NCBI GenBank assembly: GCA_964590635.1 | Contig: CAZPYX010000001.1 | Span: 550 to 64,549, forward strand | Length of the DNA: 64,000 nt | Source: an uncultured Bdellovibrio sp. | Lineage (GTDB): Bacteria; Bdellovibrionota; Bdellovibrionia; Bdellovibrionales; Bdellovibrionaceae | Reading direction: 5' to 3' | Shown here: positions 47,374-57,260 of the stretch, piece by piece | Position numbering within the stretch: position 1 is the stretch's first letter | Layout of the letters: every line of letters begins with the position of its first letter | The notes under the pieces: generated by a model | Told to the model about the DNA's origin: nothing | Database searches by the model: none | What the model saw: only the letters and a program-made list of their open reading frames with translations | Translations under genes and position numbers: made by a program

Positions 47374-47670
47374 TTAGTGAGTGAACTTGCTTTTGATTTC
47401 GTCGTATTTGTGTTCGACTTTGTCGCTGAGTTTTGCCATCCAGCTTTTTGCTGTTTCATCGTCGATGTGTAGGCTGCTCATGAGGGAATGGACTTTTTTG
47501 CTGGCTTCTTCTTTTGAGAGGCCGGTTCTTTCGCAGACGAGATTGATCAGGTCGTCGGGACTTGCCATTGCTTTTTTTAATTCGTCTTCGGAGAGATTTA
47601 AATTGGAGAATTGGCTCTTCAACGCGTTGGAAATTTCACCGAATTTTCCCTGAAACATTTGAGTGTCCAT
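47374..47670 (-). CDS. CsbD-like small stress protein
   Basis: FQGKFGEISNALKSQFSNLNLSEDEL resembles the CsbD pattern; AAGGAGGA RBS before ATG 47670. Confidence 0.6.
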   Translation of the reverse strand: MDTQMFQGKFGEISNALKSQFSNLNLSEDELKKAMASPDDLINLVCERTGLSKEEASKKVHSLMSSLHIDDETAKSWMAKLSDKVEHKYDEIKSKFTH

Positions 47671-47945
47671 GGTATCCTCCTTCTCGACTTTCATCGAGGT
47701 TTCGTTGAATTAGGGCTCCTCTTTAAGGGCACTCCTCTTGCAGTGTTTCGTCAATGGAAGTAGCCGCTTTGTTTCAAAGATCATGGCCCTTACTAATTTC
47801 ATTTTGTTGTCTTTAGCGGATTTCTGACGCCAAAACTTTGACTAGCGTCAGAGAATTTTTGCATGGAAACATTTTCCTCACAGGCAAAAATTGCCTCTAA
47901 TCAAATATGTTAGAAGGCAATGAGCAGAGCTAGACCAGAGTCCTG

Positions 47946-47962
47946 TTGGCATTTGTGTTGCT
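47946..47962 (+). promoter_or_regulatory. Sigma54 promoter of the fliL operon
   Basis: TTGGCATTTGTGTTGCT, GG-N10-GC. Confidence 0.75.
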
Positions 47963-48004
47963 TAAGATTTCGGTGAGGGTGGTTTGCGTAAAGGATTTAA
48001 GTAG

Positions 48005-48031
48005 ACTTTCCTACTTCGGCGGAGCCGAAGT
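48005..48031 (+). promoter_or_regulatory. Conserved leader hairpin with GGA loop, copy 1
   Basis: ACTTTCCT-ACTTCGG-CGGAG-CCGAAGT; 25 of 27 nt identical to 52601-52627. Confidence 0.65.
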
Positions 48032-48060
48032 GCAGACTGACCAGCTCATGGAGGATGATA

Positions 48061-48594
48061 GTGGCTGAAGAAAAAGCAGCAGTGGAAGCAGCACCGGCAG
48101 CAAGCGGTGGATCTGGACAAAAGCCTATACTTCTTATTGCATTGGCAGTGATCAATATGCTCATCGTCGCGGGCGTAGGTTTCATGCTTTATAAAGGTAA
48201 GCAAAAAGAAGCAGCCGAACCTAAAATTGAACAAGTTATTAAAGGTGAGGCGGAAGCCCAACATAAAGAAGCCACTGAAGAAAAAGAAGTGGTTGGAAAA
48301 GTTGTACCACTTGAGACGTTTATCGTAAATCTTGCAGGCGCTAAAGGCCGTAAGGTTGCGAAAGTAAACATGGAACTCGAACTCAAAGGGGACCATGCCG
48401 CGGAAGAGATCGATAAGCGCAAAGCGCAGATCCGCGATATCATCATCATTATTCTTTCGAGCAAAACTTATGACGAAGTTTCTTCTCGTGAAGGTAAAGA
48501 CAATCTAAGAAATGAAATTAAAGACACTATCAATTCATTCCTGGTTCAAGGAAAGATTTCGAACGTGTTCTTCACAGAGTTTATCTATAACTAA
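48061..48594 (+). CDS. fliL: Flagellar basal body protein FliL
   Basis: TM helix, PLETFIVNL, QIRDIII..K, VFFTEF; GTG 48061 follows GGAGGA (the track starts at 48055). Confidence 0.92.
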   Translation: MAEEKAAVEAAPAASGGSGQKPILLIALAVINMLIVAGVGFMLYKGKQKEAAEPKIEQVIKGEAEAQHKEATEEKEVVGKVVPLETFIVNLAGAKGRKVAKVNMELELKGDHAAEEIDKRKAQIRDIIIIILSSKTYDEVSSREGKDNLRNEIKDTINSFLVQGKISNVFFTEFIYN

Positions 48595-48603
48595 GGCAGG
48601 ACT

Positions 48604-49614
48604 ATGAATCAGGTTCTTTCGCAAAGTGAAGTGGATGCTCTGTTAGCCGCCGTCTCTGATGGGGATGTGGCGTCTTCAGAAGCTCCTAAATCTGAAGGTC
48701 AGTCATCTAGCGGCGTTGCCAAAGTCGATGATCGTAAGATCGTATCTTATGATCTGACCAGCCAAGATCGTATTATTCGTGGTCGTCTTCCTCAATTGGA
48801 AGTTATCTACGAGAAATTCATGCGTGCTTTCCGCGTCTCTTTGTCATCGGCACTTCGTAAGATTGCGTCGATCACTTTGACCGGCACGGAATTTTTGAAA
48901 TTTGGTGAGTTCATCAATACGTTGCCAATGCCAACATGCATGAGCGTTTTACGCTTTGGTAATTTACGTGGTTCAGCTCTTTTTGTAATTGAAAGTAAAT
49001 TGGCTTATGCCTTAGTCGACAGCTTCTTCGGTGGAGCAGACCGTCCTTATACAAAAATTGACGGTAAAGATTTTACTCCGATTGAATTGCAGATCGTGCA
49101 AAAAGTCGTGGGTCTTGCGATCAACGATATGGAAGCGGCTTGGGCTTCCATCGAAAAAATCGGTTGTTCATTTGTTCGTACGGAAGTGAATCCACAGTTC
49201 GTAGGTATCGTGCCTCCAACAGATGTGGTTATTGCTTCAACATTCGACGTTGAATTGGAAAATGCATCAGGAACGATCTCAATCGTGATTCCTTATGCGA
49301 CGATTGAACCTATCAAACAAAAGCTCTCTACAGGTTTCCAGGTAGAGTCAGATCAAACAGACAAAAGACTTTGGACTTCAATCATTCAAGAACAACTTCT
49401 TGAGACTGACATGGGCATCAAAGTGAATCTCGGCGAAACGGAAATCAAATTGCGTGATTTGATGACCTTGAAAGTTGGGGACGTTATTCCACTCGATCAA
49501 GATGCATCAGGTGAGTTCGACGTTGAAGTTGAAGGCGTTAAAAAGTTCAAAGGTTATTACGGAATACATCACGGTACTGTGGCAGTCCAAGTGACTCGTC
49601 CAGTGACAAAGTAG
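48604..49614 (+). CDS. fliM: Flagellar motor switch protein FliM
   Basis: VLSQSEVDALL CheY-binding motif, YDL, EVNPQF, SpoA C-terminal domain. Confidence 0.96.
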   Translation: MNQVLSQSEVDALLAAVSDGDVASSEAPKSEGQSSSGVAKVDDRKIVSYDLTSQDRIIRGRLPQLEVIYEKFMRAFRVSLSSALRKIASITLTGTEFLKFGEFINTLPMPTCMSVLRFGNLRGSALFVIESKLAYALVDSFFGGADRPYTKIDGKDFTPIELQIVQKVVGLAINDMEAAWASIEKIGCSFVRTEVNPQFVGIVPPTDVVIASTFDVELENASGTISIVIPYATIEPIKQKLSTGFQVESDQTDKRLWTSIIQEQLLETDMGIKVNLGETEIKLRDLMTLKVGDVIPLDQDASGEFDVEVEGVKKFKGYYGIHHGTVAVQVTRPVTK

Positions 49615-49623
49615 GGGGATCAG

Positions 49624-49995
49624 ATGACAGAAGATAAACTAGATGATTTGGCAGATCAGTTATTGGCAGAGGCGTCGGGCATGACAGCAAGCCCAGCAGC
49701 TGGCAAGAAATCTGATGAGTTGAGCGGCCAAAAAGATAGAAATTTGAATTTAATTCTCGATATTCCCCTCAAGGTGACGGTGGAGTTGGGCCGTACAAAA
49801 ATGCCAGTCAGTGAATTACTCAATTTGACCCAAGGAAGTGTCATAGAGTTGAGCAAGCTTGCGGGTGAGCCCATGGAAGTTTACGTGAATGATAAATTGA
49901 TCGCCCGCGGTGAGGCCGTGGTTATCAATGAAAAATTCGGTGTGCGTTTAACTGACGTTATCTCACCGGCTGAACGCGTAGAACAACTTAGATAA
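49624..49995 (+). CDS. fliN: Flagellar motor switch protein FliN
   Basis: ILDIPLKVTVELGRT, GEAVVINEKFGVR. Confidence 0.96.
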   Translation: MTEDKLDDLADQLLAEASGMTASPAAGKKSDELSGQKDRNLNLILDIPLKVTVELGRTKMPVSELLNLTQGSVIELSKLAGEPMEVYVNDKLIARGEAVVINEKFGVRLTDVISPAERVEQLR

Positions 49996-50024
49996 TAAAA
50001 GCCAATTTAGATAAGAGGACAAAG

Positions 50025-50747
50025 ATGCGCTGGTTGTTGCCTTTACTTTTAGTTGTTTTCGCCTCCGCTGAAGCTATGGCGAACAAGTCTGTTGGTACTC
50101 AAGTGACGGAGATGCCCCCATCTTCTGGCGCTATCGTTGAAGCGGGGGACTCGTCCGCCGTAGCTTCAGCGAAGGAGGAAGCAACACCTATCGCTGCGGA
50201 AAAACCAAAAGTAGACACTCGCAAAGAGTCAGAGATTCCATTGAATCTTGATGGAAATAAAAAAGCTTCTGCAGAAGGCGGCGGATTCCGCATCCTTTTG
50301 ACTCTTTCTTTGTTGGGAGTTGTAGGCACAGGCGCATTTATCTTCTTGAAAAAATACTCAGTTCCTAAAGATAGAAAACACCAAACGCAGATAAAAGTTT
50401 TGCAACAGCATTATTTGGGTCCTAAAAAAAGCTTGGCCATTGTGCGCGTAGCTGGTGAATCCATTCTTATCGGTGTGACGGACTATAATATTTCAATGAT
50501 CAAATCATTGTCTTTGTTGGACGATGAAGTTCCAGAAGAAGCTCCGAAAAGCTTCGGTAATGTTCTAGGTGGCTTCGGCAAAAATAACGATGCTTCATTT
50601 GACGAAAATGAAGAAGCTGCTGATGAGACTCCACGCAAAAATAACAAGCGTGCTGCAAAAGATTTAGATAGCGATGAAGAGTTCGCAATTAGCGGCATCA
50701 AAGATATCGTTTCGAAACGTCTTAAAGGAATGAGGTCTTTCCAGTGA
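50025..50747 (+). CDS. fliO: Flagellar protein FliO
   Basis: TM followed by IKVLQQHYLGPKKSLAIVRV..ILIGVT; lies between fliN and fliP. Confidence 0.85.
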   Translation: MRWLLPLLLVVFASAEAMANKSVGTQVTEMPPSSGAIVEAGDSSAVASAKEEATPIAAEKPKVDTRKESEIPLNLDGNKKASAEGGGFRILLTLSLLGVVGTGAFIFLKKYSVPKDRKHQTQIKVLQQHYLGPKKSLAIVRVAGESILIGVTDYNISMIKSLSLLDDEVPEEAPKSFGNVLGGFGKNNDASFDENEEAADETPRKNNKRAAKDLDSDEEFAISGIKDIVSKRLKGMRSFQ

Positions 50748-51529
50748 GAAAGCTCTTGTCTGGCTTCCAATTTCGTCGAAGTCACTTTGCACTTTTAAGT
50801 CTATTGTTATTACCGCTTGTTTTATTGGTAAGCTCTAGCGCGTTTGCGCAGGTGACATTGCCAACGGTGAACTTGGGCTTTAAGACGACTGATAATCCAA
50901 ATGAAGTGGTGAATGCAGTTAAACTGATCTTGATTATGACGGTGCTAACTTTGGCTCCGGCGATCTTGATCATGATGACAGGATTCACTCGTATCATCAT
51001 CGTTTTGTCTTTCTTAAGACAAGCGATGGGTGTTCAACAAATGCCACCGAATCAATTGTTGGTGGGTTTGTCATTGTTTCTGACTTTCTTCATCATGCAG
51101 CCAGCTTTCAATGAGATGAATATAAATGGCATTCAACCTTATATCGCGGGAAAGATTTCCCAAGATGTTGCGGTGGAAAAAACTTTGGCTCCTCTAAGAA
51201 AGTTCATGTTCACACAAACTCGTGATGCAGACCTGGCTTTGTTTGTGAAGCTTTCAAAAATTGATAAACCGAAAACCCGTGCAGAAGTTCCGACGATGGT
51301 TTTAGTTCCAGCCTTTGTTGTGTCAGAGCTGAAAACAGCATTCCAAATTGGCTTTATCATCTTCCTACCATTCCTCGTGATCGACATTGTCGCAGCGAGT
51401 GTGTTGATGGCCATGGGTATGATGATGCTTCCTCCGGTTGTGATTTCGTTGCCCTTTAAGATCATGCTTTTTGTCCTGGTAGACGGATGGGGTTTGCTCA
51501 TCGGTTCCATGGTCAAGAGTTTCGGGTGA
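50744..51529 (+). CDS. fliP: Flagellar export protein FliP
   Basis: MTGFTRIIIV, PPNQLL, PAFVVSELKTAF, LPFKIMLFVLVDGW. Confidence 0.97.
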   Translation: MRKLLSGFQFRRSHFALLSLLLLPLVLLVSSSAFAQVTLPTVNLGFKTTDNPNEVVNAVKLILIMTVLTLAPAILIMMTGFTRIIIVLSFLRQAMGVQQMPPNQLLVGLSLFLTFFIMQPAFNEMNINGIQPYIAGKISQDVAVEKTLAPLRKFMFTQTRDADLALFVKLSKIDKPKTRAEVPTMVLVPAFVVSELKTAFQIGFIIFLPFLVIDIVAASVLMAMGMMMLPPVVISLPFKIMLFVLVDGWGLLIGSMVKSFG

Positions 51530-51537
51530 GGTGAAAG

Positions 51538-51810
51538 ATGACAGAAGAATTAGTAATTAAATTAGGTCAAGACGCCCTTAGAACAACGGCTATGTTGTCG
51601 GCTCCATTGTTGATTTCAACCTTGGTAGTTGGTTTGGCTGTGAGTATTTTCCAAGCCCTGACTCAGATCAATGAAGCGACTTTAACTTTCATTCCGAAAA
51701 TGATTGTGGTGGCTTTAGTCTTTGTCCTGGCGGGGCCGTGGATGATGGATGTGATGAGCACTTACACTGTGAATTTATTTGATAATATTGCGGTGATGGT
51801 AAGGGAATAG
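51538..51810 (+). CDS. fliQ: Flagellar export protein FliQ
   Basis: FQALTQINEATLTFIPK. Confidence 0.97.
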   Translation: MTEELVIKLGQDALRTTAMLSAPLLISTLVVGLAVSIFQALTQINEATLTFIPKMIVVALVFVLAGPWMMDVMSTYTVNLFDNIAVMVRE

Positions 51811-52590
51811 ATGATCAATTACACGGCATTGACTGAAGCACAGATTTTGCTTTTTGCGCTGATCCTTCTGCGCATGTTGGCATTTATTGTGACTTCAGCT
51901 TTTTTTGGCGCAGCTGCGATCAATGCCCCTGTAAAAATTCTCCTGGCCGTTGTTTTGAGCATGTTGATCTTCCCAGTGGTAAGAATTGGGAATGTGAACT
52001 ATCTGGCAATTTCGAATGATATTATAGGTTTAGCAATCCGCGAACTTATTGTGGGATTGGTCCTGGGTTTCTTAACCCGCCTGTTCTTCTTCGTTGTCAC
52101 AATGGTAGGGGATTTAGTGTCCATGAGTGTCGGCTTGAGTGCATCTCAGATGTACAATCCTATGATGGGAACAAGCGGAAACGTTTTGGATACGTTCAAT
52201 TCTAAAGTAGGCAAGATGATCTTTTTGTCGGACAATGGTTAACACTAGGATAAACATGCATTTGTAAAAAGTTATGAGTTGGTGCCGGTAAGTTCTTTGC
52301 AGTTAAATATTGGACCCTTTGGCGAGATCGCGCTGTTTGGGCAAATGGCATTATTGCTGACTATCAAGATGTGTGCACCAGTGATTGTGACGATCTTGTT
52401 GGTGAATCTAGCATTCGGTATCTTGGGAAGAGCAGTTCCTCAGATCAACGTCCTGGTAACAAGTATGCCGGTGACGATCATGCTAGGAATGACAGTGGTT
52501 TTTATTTGTCTCCCACTTTTAACAATGGAGATGACGGGATTAATTGAAATTACATCAAGCAAATTGTTCGATGTGATGAAACACTTATAG
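51811..52590 (+). pseudogene. fliR: fliR interrupted by two in-frame stops, or a local sequence error
   Basis: Track ORFs 51811-52242 and 52279-52590 share one frame; TAA at 52240 and TAG at 52246; read-through length 259 aa; GRAVPQINV motif. Confidence 0.85.
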
Positions 52591-52600
52591 GGTAAGGATG

Positions 52601-52627
52601 ACTTACCTACTTCGGCGGAGCCGGAGT
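52601..52627 (+). promoter_or_regulatory. Conserved leader hairpin with GGA loop, copy 2
   Basis: ACTTACCT-ACTTCGG-CGGAG-CCGGAGT; the stem change keeps pairing as G-U. Confidence 0.65.
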
Positions 52628-52661
52628 ATAACCAGGCAACAGGTTCTAGGAAGGAACTGAA

Positions 52662-53723
52662 GTGTCAGAAGATAACGGCGAAAAGACCGAAGAAGCAACG
52701 GATGCGAGACGGGAAGAGTTCCGTAAGCAAGGTAACGTTGCTCATTCAAAGGAGCTTGCGTCAGCGGTATTACTACTCGCTGCGGCCGGTAGCGTTTATT
52801 TTCTGGGTCGTTTTTTCTTTAAAAATTTCTACGAACTTTTCCAATATTCATTCGGTCCGAACATGGTCGAAATGGTCCGTAAAGGCAATTTCACAGAGGC
52901 TTTCATGATGAACGGTAAAACCGCTTTCATCTTGATCATGCCAGTGGTTGGTATTGCCGGTATCCTAGGTGTTGCGTGCTCCGTTGCACAAACGGGTTTC
53001 ATGCAAGTTGAAGACGCATTGACGCCAAAATTTGAAAAAGTAAATCCAATGGAAGGCTTCAAGCGCGTGTTTAGCATGCGTTCGATTGTTGAGGCCGTGA
53101 AGTCTTTGCTGAAGATGGGCGCGATCGGTCTGATCTTATATTATCTTTTGCGCGGTGAAGTTCATCAGATTCCTTACATGATGAGTTTCTCTGTCGAACA
53201 AATCATTTCTTATCTTGGTGCCGTGGTCGCAAAGCTTTTAGGTGGTGTCGGCGCGGTGATGTTTATCCTCGCTGCTGCGGATTACTTCTATCAGCGTTGG
53301 GATCTTGAAAAGAAAATGATGATGACGAAGCAAGAAATTAAAGAAGAACACAAACAGCGCGAGGGTGATCCTATGATCAAATCGCGCATTCGTCGTATTC
53401 AAAGGGAAATGGCCAGCAAGCGTATGATGGCCGAAGTTCCTAAGGCTGACGTGATCATCACCAATCCGACTCATATCGCTGTTTGCTTGAAGTACTCTGA
53501 TAATTTGCCAGCTCCTCAGGTCATTGCCATGGGGGCAGATTCAGTAGCTGAAAATATCAAGCAACTCGCTAGAGAGCACAATATTCCCATCGTGGAAAAT
53601 AAGCCTCTGGCTCGTACTATTTTTAAAACAATGAAGGTTGGCCAAGTAATACCACGTGAGCTTTTTGTCGCTGTGGCAGAAGTTCTTTCGTATGTTTATC
53701 GTTTGCGTAGGAAGAAAAGATAA
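52662..53723 (+). CDS. flhB: Flagellar export protein FlhB
   Basis: EKTEEAT, EGDP, ITNPTH autocleavage motif, AVAEVL. Confidence 0.97.
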   Translation: MSEDNGEKTEEATDARREEFRKQGNVAHSKELASAVLLLAAAGSVYFLGRFFFKNFYELFQYSFGPNMVEMVRKGNFTEAFMMNGKTAFILIMPVVGIAGILGVACSVAQTGFMQVEDALTPKFEKVNPMEGFKRVFSMRSIVEAVKSLLKMGAIGLILYYLLRGEVHQIPYMMSFSVEQIISYLGAVVAKLLGGVGAVMFILAAADYFYQRWDLEKKMMMTKQEIKEEHKQREGDPMIKSRIRRIQREMASKRMMAEVPKADVIITNPTHIAVCLKYSDNLPAPQVIAMGADSVAENIKQLAREHNIPIVENKPLARTIFKTMKVGQVIPRELFVAVAEVLSYVYRLRRKKR

Positions 53724-55822
53724 TGGAAGACGTTTTTCAGTTTTTAAAGAGATTCGAAAAGTATACTAAGAATACCGATCTTCTTATTGCTTTCGGTGTC
53801 TTAGCGATCTTGGCGGTGATGATTATCCCATTGCCTCCGATGCTTTTGGACATCTCTCTGACTTTCTCTCTTGCCATCAGTATCCTTATTCTTTTGGTGA
53901 GTTTATATACGCAAAAAGCGTTGGATTTCACTTCCTTCCCGTCACTTCTTTTGATGACGACCTTGTTCCGTCTGTCCCTGAACGTGGCAACGACACGTTT
54001 GATCTTGACCCATGGACATGAAGGGGAAGCTGCTGCCGGACACGTTATCGCGTCATTCGCGAACTTCGTTGTCGGTGGAAACTATGTCATCGGTTTCGTG
54101 ATGTTTGTTATCTTGATCGTGATCAACTTCATGGTAATCACGAAGGGTTCTGGGCGCGTAGCCGAAGTCGCTGCACGTTTCACTTTGGATGCGATGCCTG
54201 GTAAACAGATGTCCATCGATGCGGAACTGAATTCAGGACATATCACTGAAGCAGAAGCGCGTAAGCGTCGTAGAGCGATTGAGCAAGAAGCCGATTTCTA
54301 TGGAGCTATGGACGGTGCCTCTAAGTTCGTACGCGGAGACGCTATCGCAGGTATCATTATCACGATGATCAATATCATTGGTGGTTTGGGTATCGGGGTT
54401 ATTCAAAAAGGTCTTGATATTGGCAACGCCGCAAAAATCTACACCATGCTTACCATCGGTGACGGATTGCTTGCGCAGATTCCAGCTTTGATCATCTCAA
54501 CTGCTGCCGGTATCATTGTTACTCGTACTTCAAATTCAGATAAAGACATGGGTAGTGAGGTGACAGGACAACTCTTGTTGAATCCTCGCGCCGTGATGAT
54601 CTCTGGTGGTGTTTTGATTTTGATGGGTTTGGTTCCAGGACTTCCAACAGTTCCGTTCTTGATGATGGGCGGATTGATGTGTGGATTGTCTTGGGTGATC
54701 ACGAAATACAAAGCCGAAACAGCCGCTGCGGAAAAGAAACAAGTTCAAGATGCAGCCAATGTGCCGAAGAAAGAAAATATCGAAACGATGCTTCCTGTCG
54801 ACATGCTCGAGCTGGAAGTGGGCTATGGACTTATCAATATCGTTGAGTCAGATCAAAGTGGTGACTTGCTTGAACGTATCGTCAGTATCCGTAAGCAGTT
54901 CGCTTTGGATCTGGGGATCGTGGTTCCAAGTATTCATATCCGTGACAACTTGCAGTTGGCTCCAGGCGAATACCGCATGTTGATTAAAGGCAATAAAGTG
55001 GGCGGCGGCCTACTTCGCCCAGATTCGTTGCTTGCGATGGATCCAGGTAACGTTTCCGATCGTATTGATGGCATTCCTACAAAAGAACCAGCGTTCGGTT
55101 TGGATGCGATGTGGGTCTCACCTTCTCGTAAAGAAGATGCAGAGTTCGCGGGATACACTGTGGTGGATCTTCCAACGGTTATGGCCACACATATCACCGA
55201 GCTTATTCGTGGTCATGCCCATGAATTGTTGGGTCGTCAGGAAGCTTCAAGTCTTATTGAAAACTTTAAGAAGACTCATCCAAAAGTGGTGGACGAGCTT
55301 ATTCCAGATCTTCTTCCCTTGGGATCTGTTGTCCGTGTTATGCAAAGCTTGCTTAAAGAACAAGTTTCGATTCGTAACTTGTTAACGATCTTCGAATCGT
55401 TGGCAGACGATGCTCCACGTACAAAGGATATCGAAGTATTGACAGAAGGTGTGCGCAAGGCTTTGGCCCGCGGAATCACTGCGAAGTACACAACAGACCA
55501 GGGCAATATTCCGGTGATGACTTTGCATCCTGTGATCGAAGAATTGATTGCGAACTCTTTGCTGCAAACAGAGCAAGGTGTGCAGTTGGTGATGGACCCG
55601 AATACGGCGCATCGTTTGATCAATGAGATCGCGCGCGCGGTCGAGGGGCATCCCGAAATTGCCAGTCAGCCGATTTTGCTGACCAGCCCGACGTCACGTC
55701 GTCATTTGTATAAATTAACTTCAAGATTTATTCCGCAGCTCGTAGTCCTTTCTCATAATGAACTGACAGCGGATGCGGACGTCCAATCAGTTGCTCTTGT
55801 GGAGATGAACCATGCAGGTTAA
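53723..55822 (+). CDS. flhA: Flagellar export protein FlhA
   Basis: RVAEVAARFTLDAMPGKQMSID, FYGAMDGASKFVRGD. Confidence 0.97.
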   Translation: MEDVFQFLKRFEKYTKNTDLLIAFGVLAILAVMIIPLPPMLLDISLTFSLAISILILLVSLYTQKALDFTSFPSLLLMTTLFRLSLNVATTRLILTHGHEGEAAAGHVIASFANFVVGGNYVIGFVMFVILIVINFMVITKGSGRVAEVAARFTLDAMPGKQMSIDAELNSGHITEAEARKRRRAIEQEADFYGAMDGASKFVRGDAIAGIIITMINIIGGLGIGVIQKGLDIGNAAKIYTMLTIGDGLLAQIPALIISTAAGIIVTRTSNSDKDMGSEVTGQLLLNPRAVMISGGVLILMGLVPGLPTVPFLMMGGLMCGLSWVITKYKAETAAAEKKQVQDAANVPKKENIETMLPVDMLELEVGYGLINIVESDQSGDLLERIVSIRKQFALDLGIVVPSIHIRDNLQLAPGEYRMLIKGNKVGGGLLRPDSLLAMDPGNVSDRIDGIPTKEPAFGLDAMWVSPSRKEDAEFAGYTVVDLPTVMATHITELIRGHAHELLGRQEASSLIENFKKTHPKVVDELIPDLLPLGSVVRVMQSLLKEQVSIRNLLTIFESLADDAPRTKDIEVLTEGVRKALARGITAKYTTDQGNIPVMTLHPVIEELIANSLLQTEQGVQLVMDPNTAHRLINEIARAVEGHPEIASQPILLTSPTSRRHLYKLTSRFIPQLVVLSHNELTADADVQSVALVEMNHAG

Positions 55823-57260
55823 GAAATTCGAAGCACGTACGATGAAAGAAGCGCTTGAGATGGTTAAGACTCAGTTGGGTCCTGACGCTATCATTCTTTC
55901 AGCACGAGACAATAATAAGAGCTTCGGTCTTGTGGGTGAAGGCAGTGTGGAAATCACAGCGGCGGTTTCTGAAGAGACTTTGCAAAGAAAGAAATTTGCA
56001 GAATCAAAACTTCGTGAACAAGATCAACAAAGATTTCAGCAAAGTTCTGCACGTCAGCAGAAAGAGTTGATCACGAAGATGGTTGATAAGCACACGCAAA
56101 AGAACAAAGCGCCGACGCCTATTACACAACGTCGTTATATCGATATCGAAGAAGACGAAAATCAATACGCTCGTCAACAGCAGATTTCTGAGCAACGCGT
56201 GCGCGCTTCTGCGCAAAGAGCTTTGCATGCTTTCCAAGAGCAAGAAGAGACTTTCACGGGAACTCGCAGACAGCCTCAAGCTGCGGCACCAGCTCCTGTG
56301 GCGAAACCAGTTGTCAAAGCAGGGCCGGATCAGGAATCTGAAGCCATTCGTGCATTGAAGAATGAGATTGCCAGTTTGAAGCAAGTCATCACCCAGTTCC
56401 AACAGATGCCACAGAGCTTTGTCGGGTCTCATCCAGGTGCTGACTATGGTATCAACTATGATTTGAGCGCTATCTTCCAAAAGTTGACCACTGCGGGAGT
56501 GGCTCCTGAAATTACCGCTGATATTTTGACTCAAGCTCAAGAAACTTTGCCGGCTTTAAAATTGAAAAACAAAGCTCTCGTAGAAGCTTGGGTGGCTCGC
56601 CATGTTTTGGATGCAACTAAAATTGCGACCAATCCAACTGCTGGGAAAATCCACTGTTTTGTGGGTCCCGCAGGTGCTGGTAAAACTTCAACGATGATCA
56701 AAATGGCCAGTAATATGGTTGTTCGTGAAGGTAAGAAAGTTGCTTTGTTTACGACTGACACCTACAAAGTAGGTGCAGCCGATCAAATGAAGATTTATGC
56801 GCAAATCTTGAATGTGCCGTTCTCTGTGATTCGCACGCAAAATGATTGGCACAACTTGATGAGATACTTGGCTAACGTAGATTGCGTATTGGTGGACTTC
56901 ACAGGCTTGAGCCTTAAAAATAATGAAGAGATCCAAATGATGCGCAACCTTTTGCCACCGCAAGGATTGAATCCAAATATTCACTTGGTTCTTTCTGCGA
57001 ACTCTAAGGACGGGGACGTGACTGAATTGGGTCGTCGCTATTCTATGTTGAATTATAAAGATGTGATCTTCTCTGGTTTGGATGAGTCCGCTCAGCACGG
57101 AACTATCTATAACTTCATGAGACGTTTTGATATTCCTCTGCATTCGTTCGGTATTGGTTCGAGAGTTCCAGAAGACTATGAATTCGCAACCAAAGAACGT
57201 TTATTGGATCTTATTTTCAAAATCACTCAACTGAAACAACAGGATTCTGAAGCTGTATGA
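55812..57260 (+). CDS. flhF: Flagellar GTPase FlhF
   Basis: MQVKKFEARTMKEAL, GPAGAGKTS, TTDTYKVGA. Confidence 0.95.
   Translation: MQVKKFEARTMKEALEMVKTQLGPDAIILSARDNNKSFGLVGEGSVEITAAVSEETLQRKKFAESKLREQDQQRFQQSSARQQKELITKMVDKHTQKNKAPTPITQRRYIDIEEDENQYARQQQISEQRVRASAQRALHAFQEQEETFTGTRRQPQAAAPAPVAKPVVKAGPDQESEAIRALKNEIASLKQVITQFQQMPQSFVGSHPGADYGINYDLSAIFQKLTTAGVAPEITADILTQAQETLPALKLKNKALVEAWVARHVLDATKIATNPTAGKIHCFVGPAGAGKTSTMIKMASNMVVREGKKVALFTTDTYKVGAADQMKIYAQILNVPFSVIRTQNDWHNLMRYLANVDCVLVDFTGLSLKNNEEIQMMRNLLPPQGLNPNIHLVLSANSKDGDVTELGRRYSMLNYKDVIFSGLDESAQHGTIYNFMRRFDIPLHSFGIGSRVPEDYEFATKERLLDLIFKITQLKQQDSEAV

Noticed and set aside
47875-47900. c-di-GMP-I riboswitch suggested by GGCAAA
   Set aside because: Only a short AGGCAAAAATTGCCT hairpin; the tetraloop, receptor and second stem are not visible.
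52180-52260. Diversity-generating retroelement target in fliR
   Set aside because: No reverse transcriptase or template repeat in the window, and the changes destroy a housekeeping gene rather than vary a ligand-binding tip.
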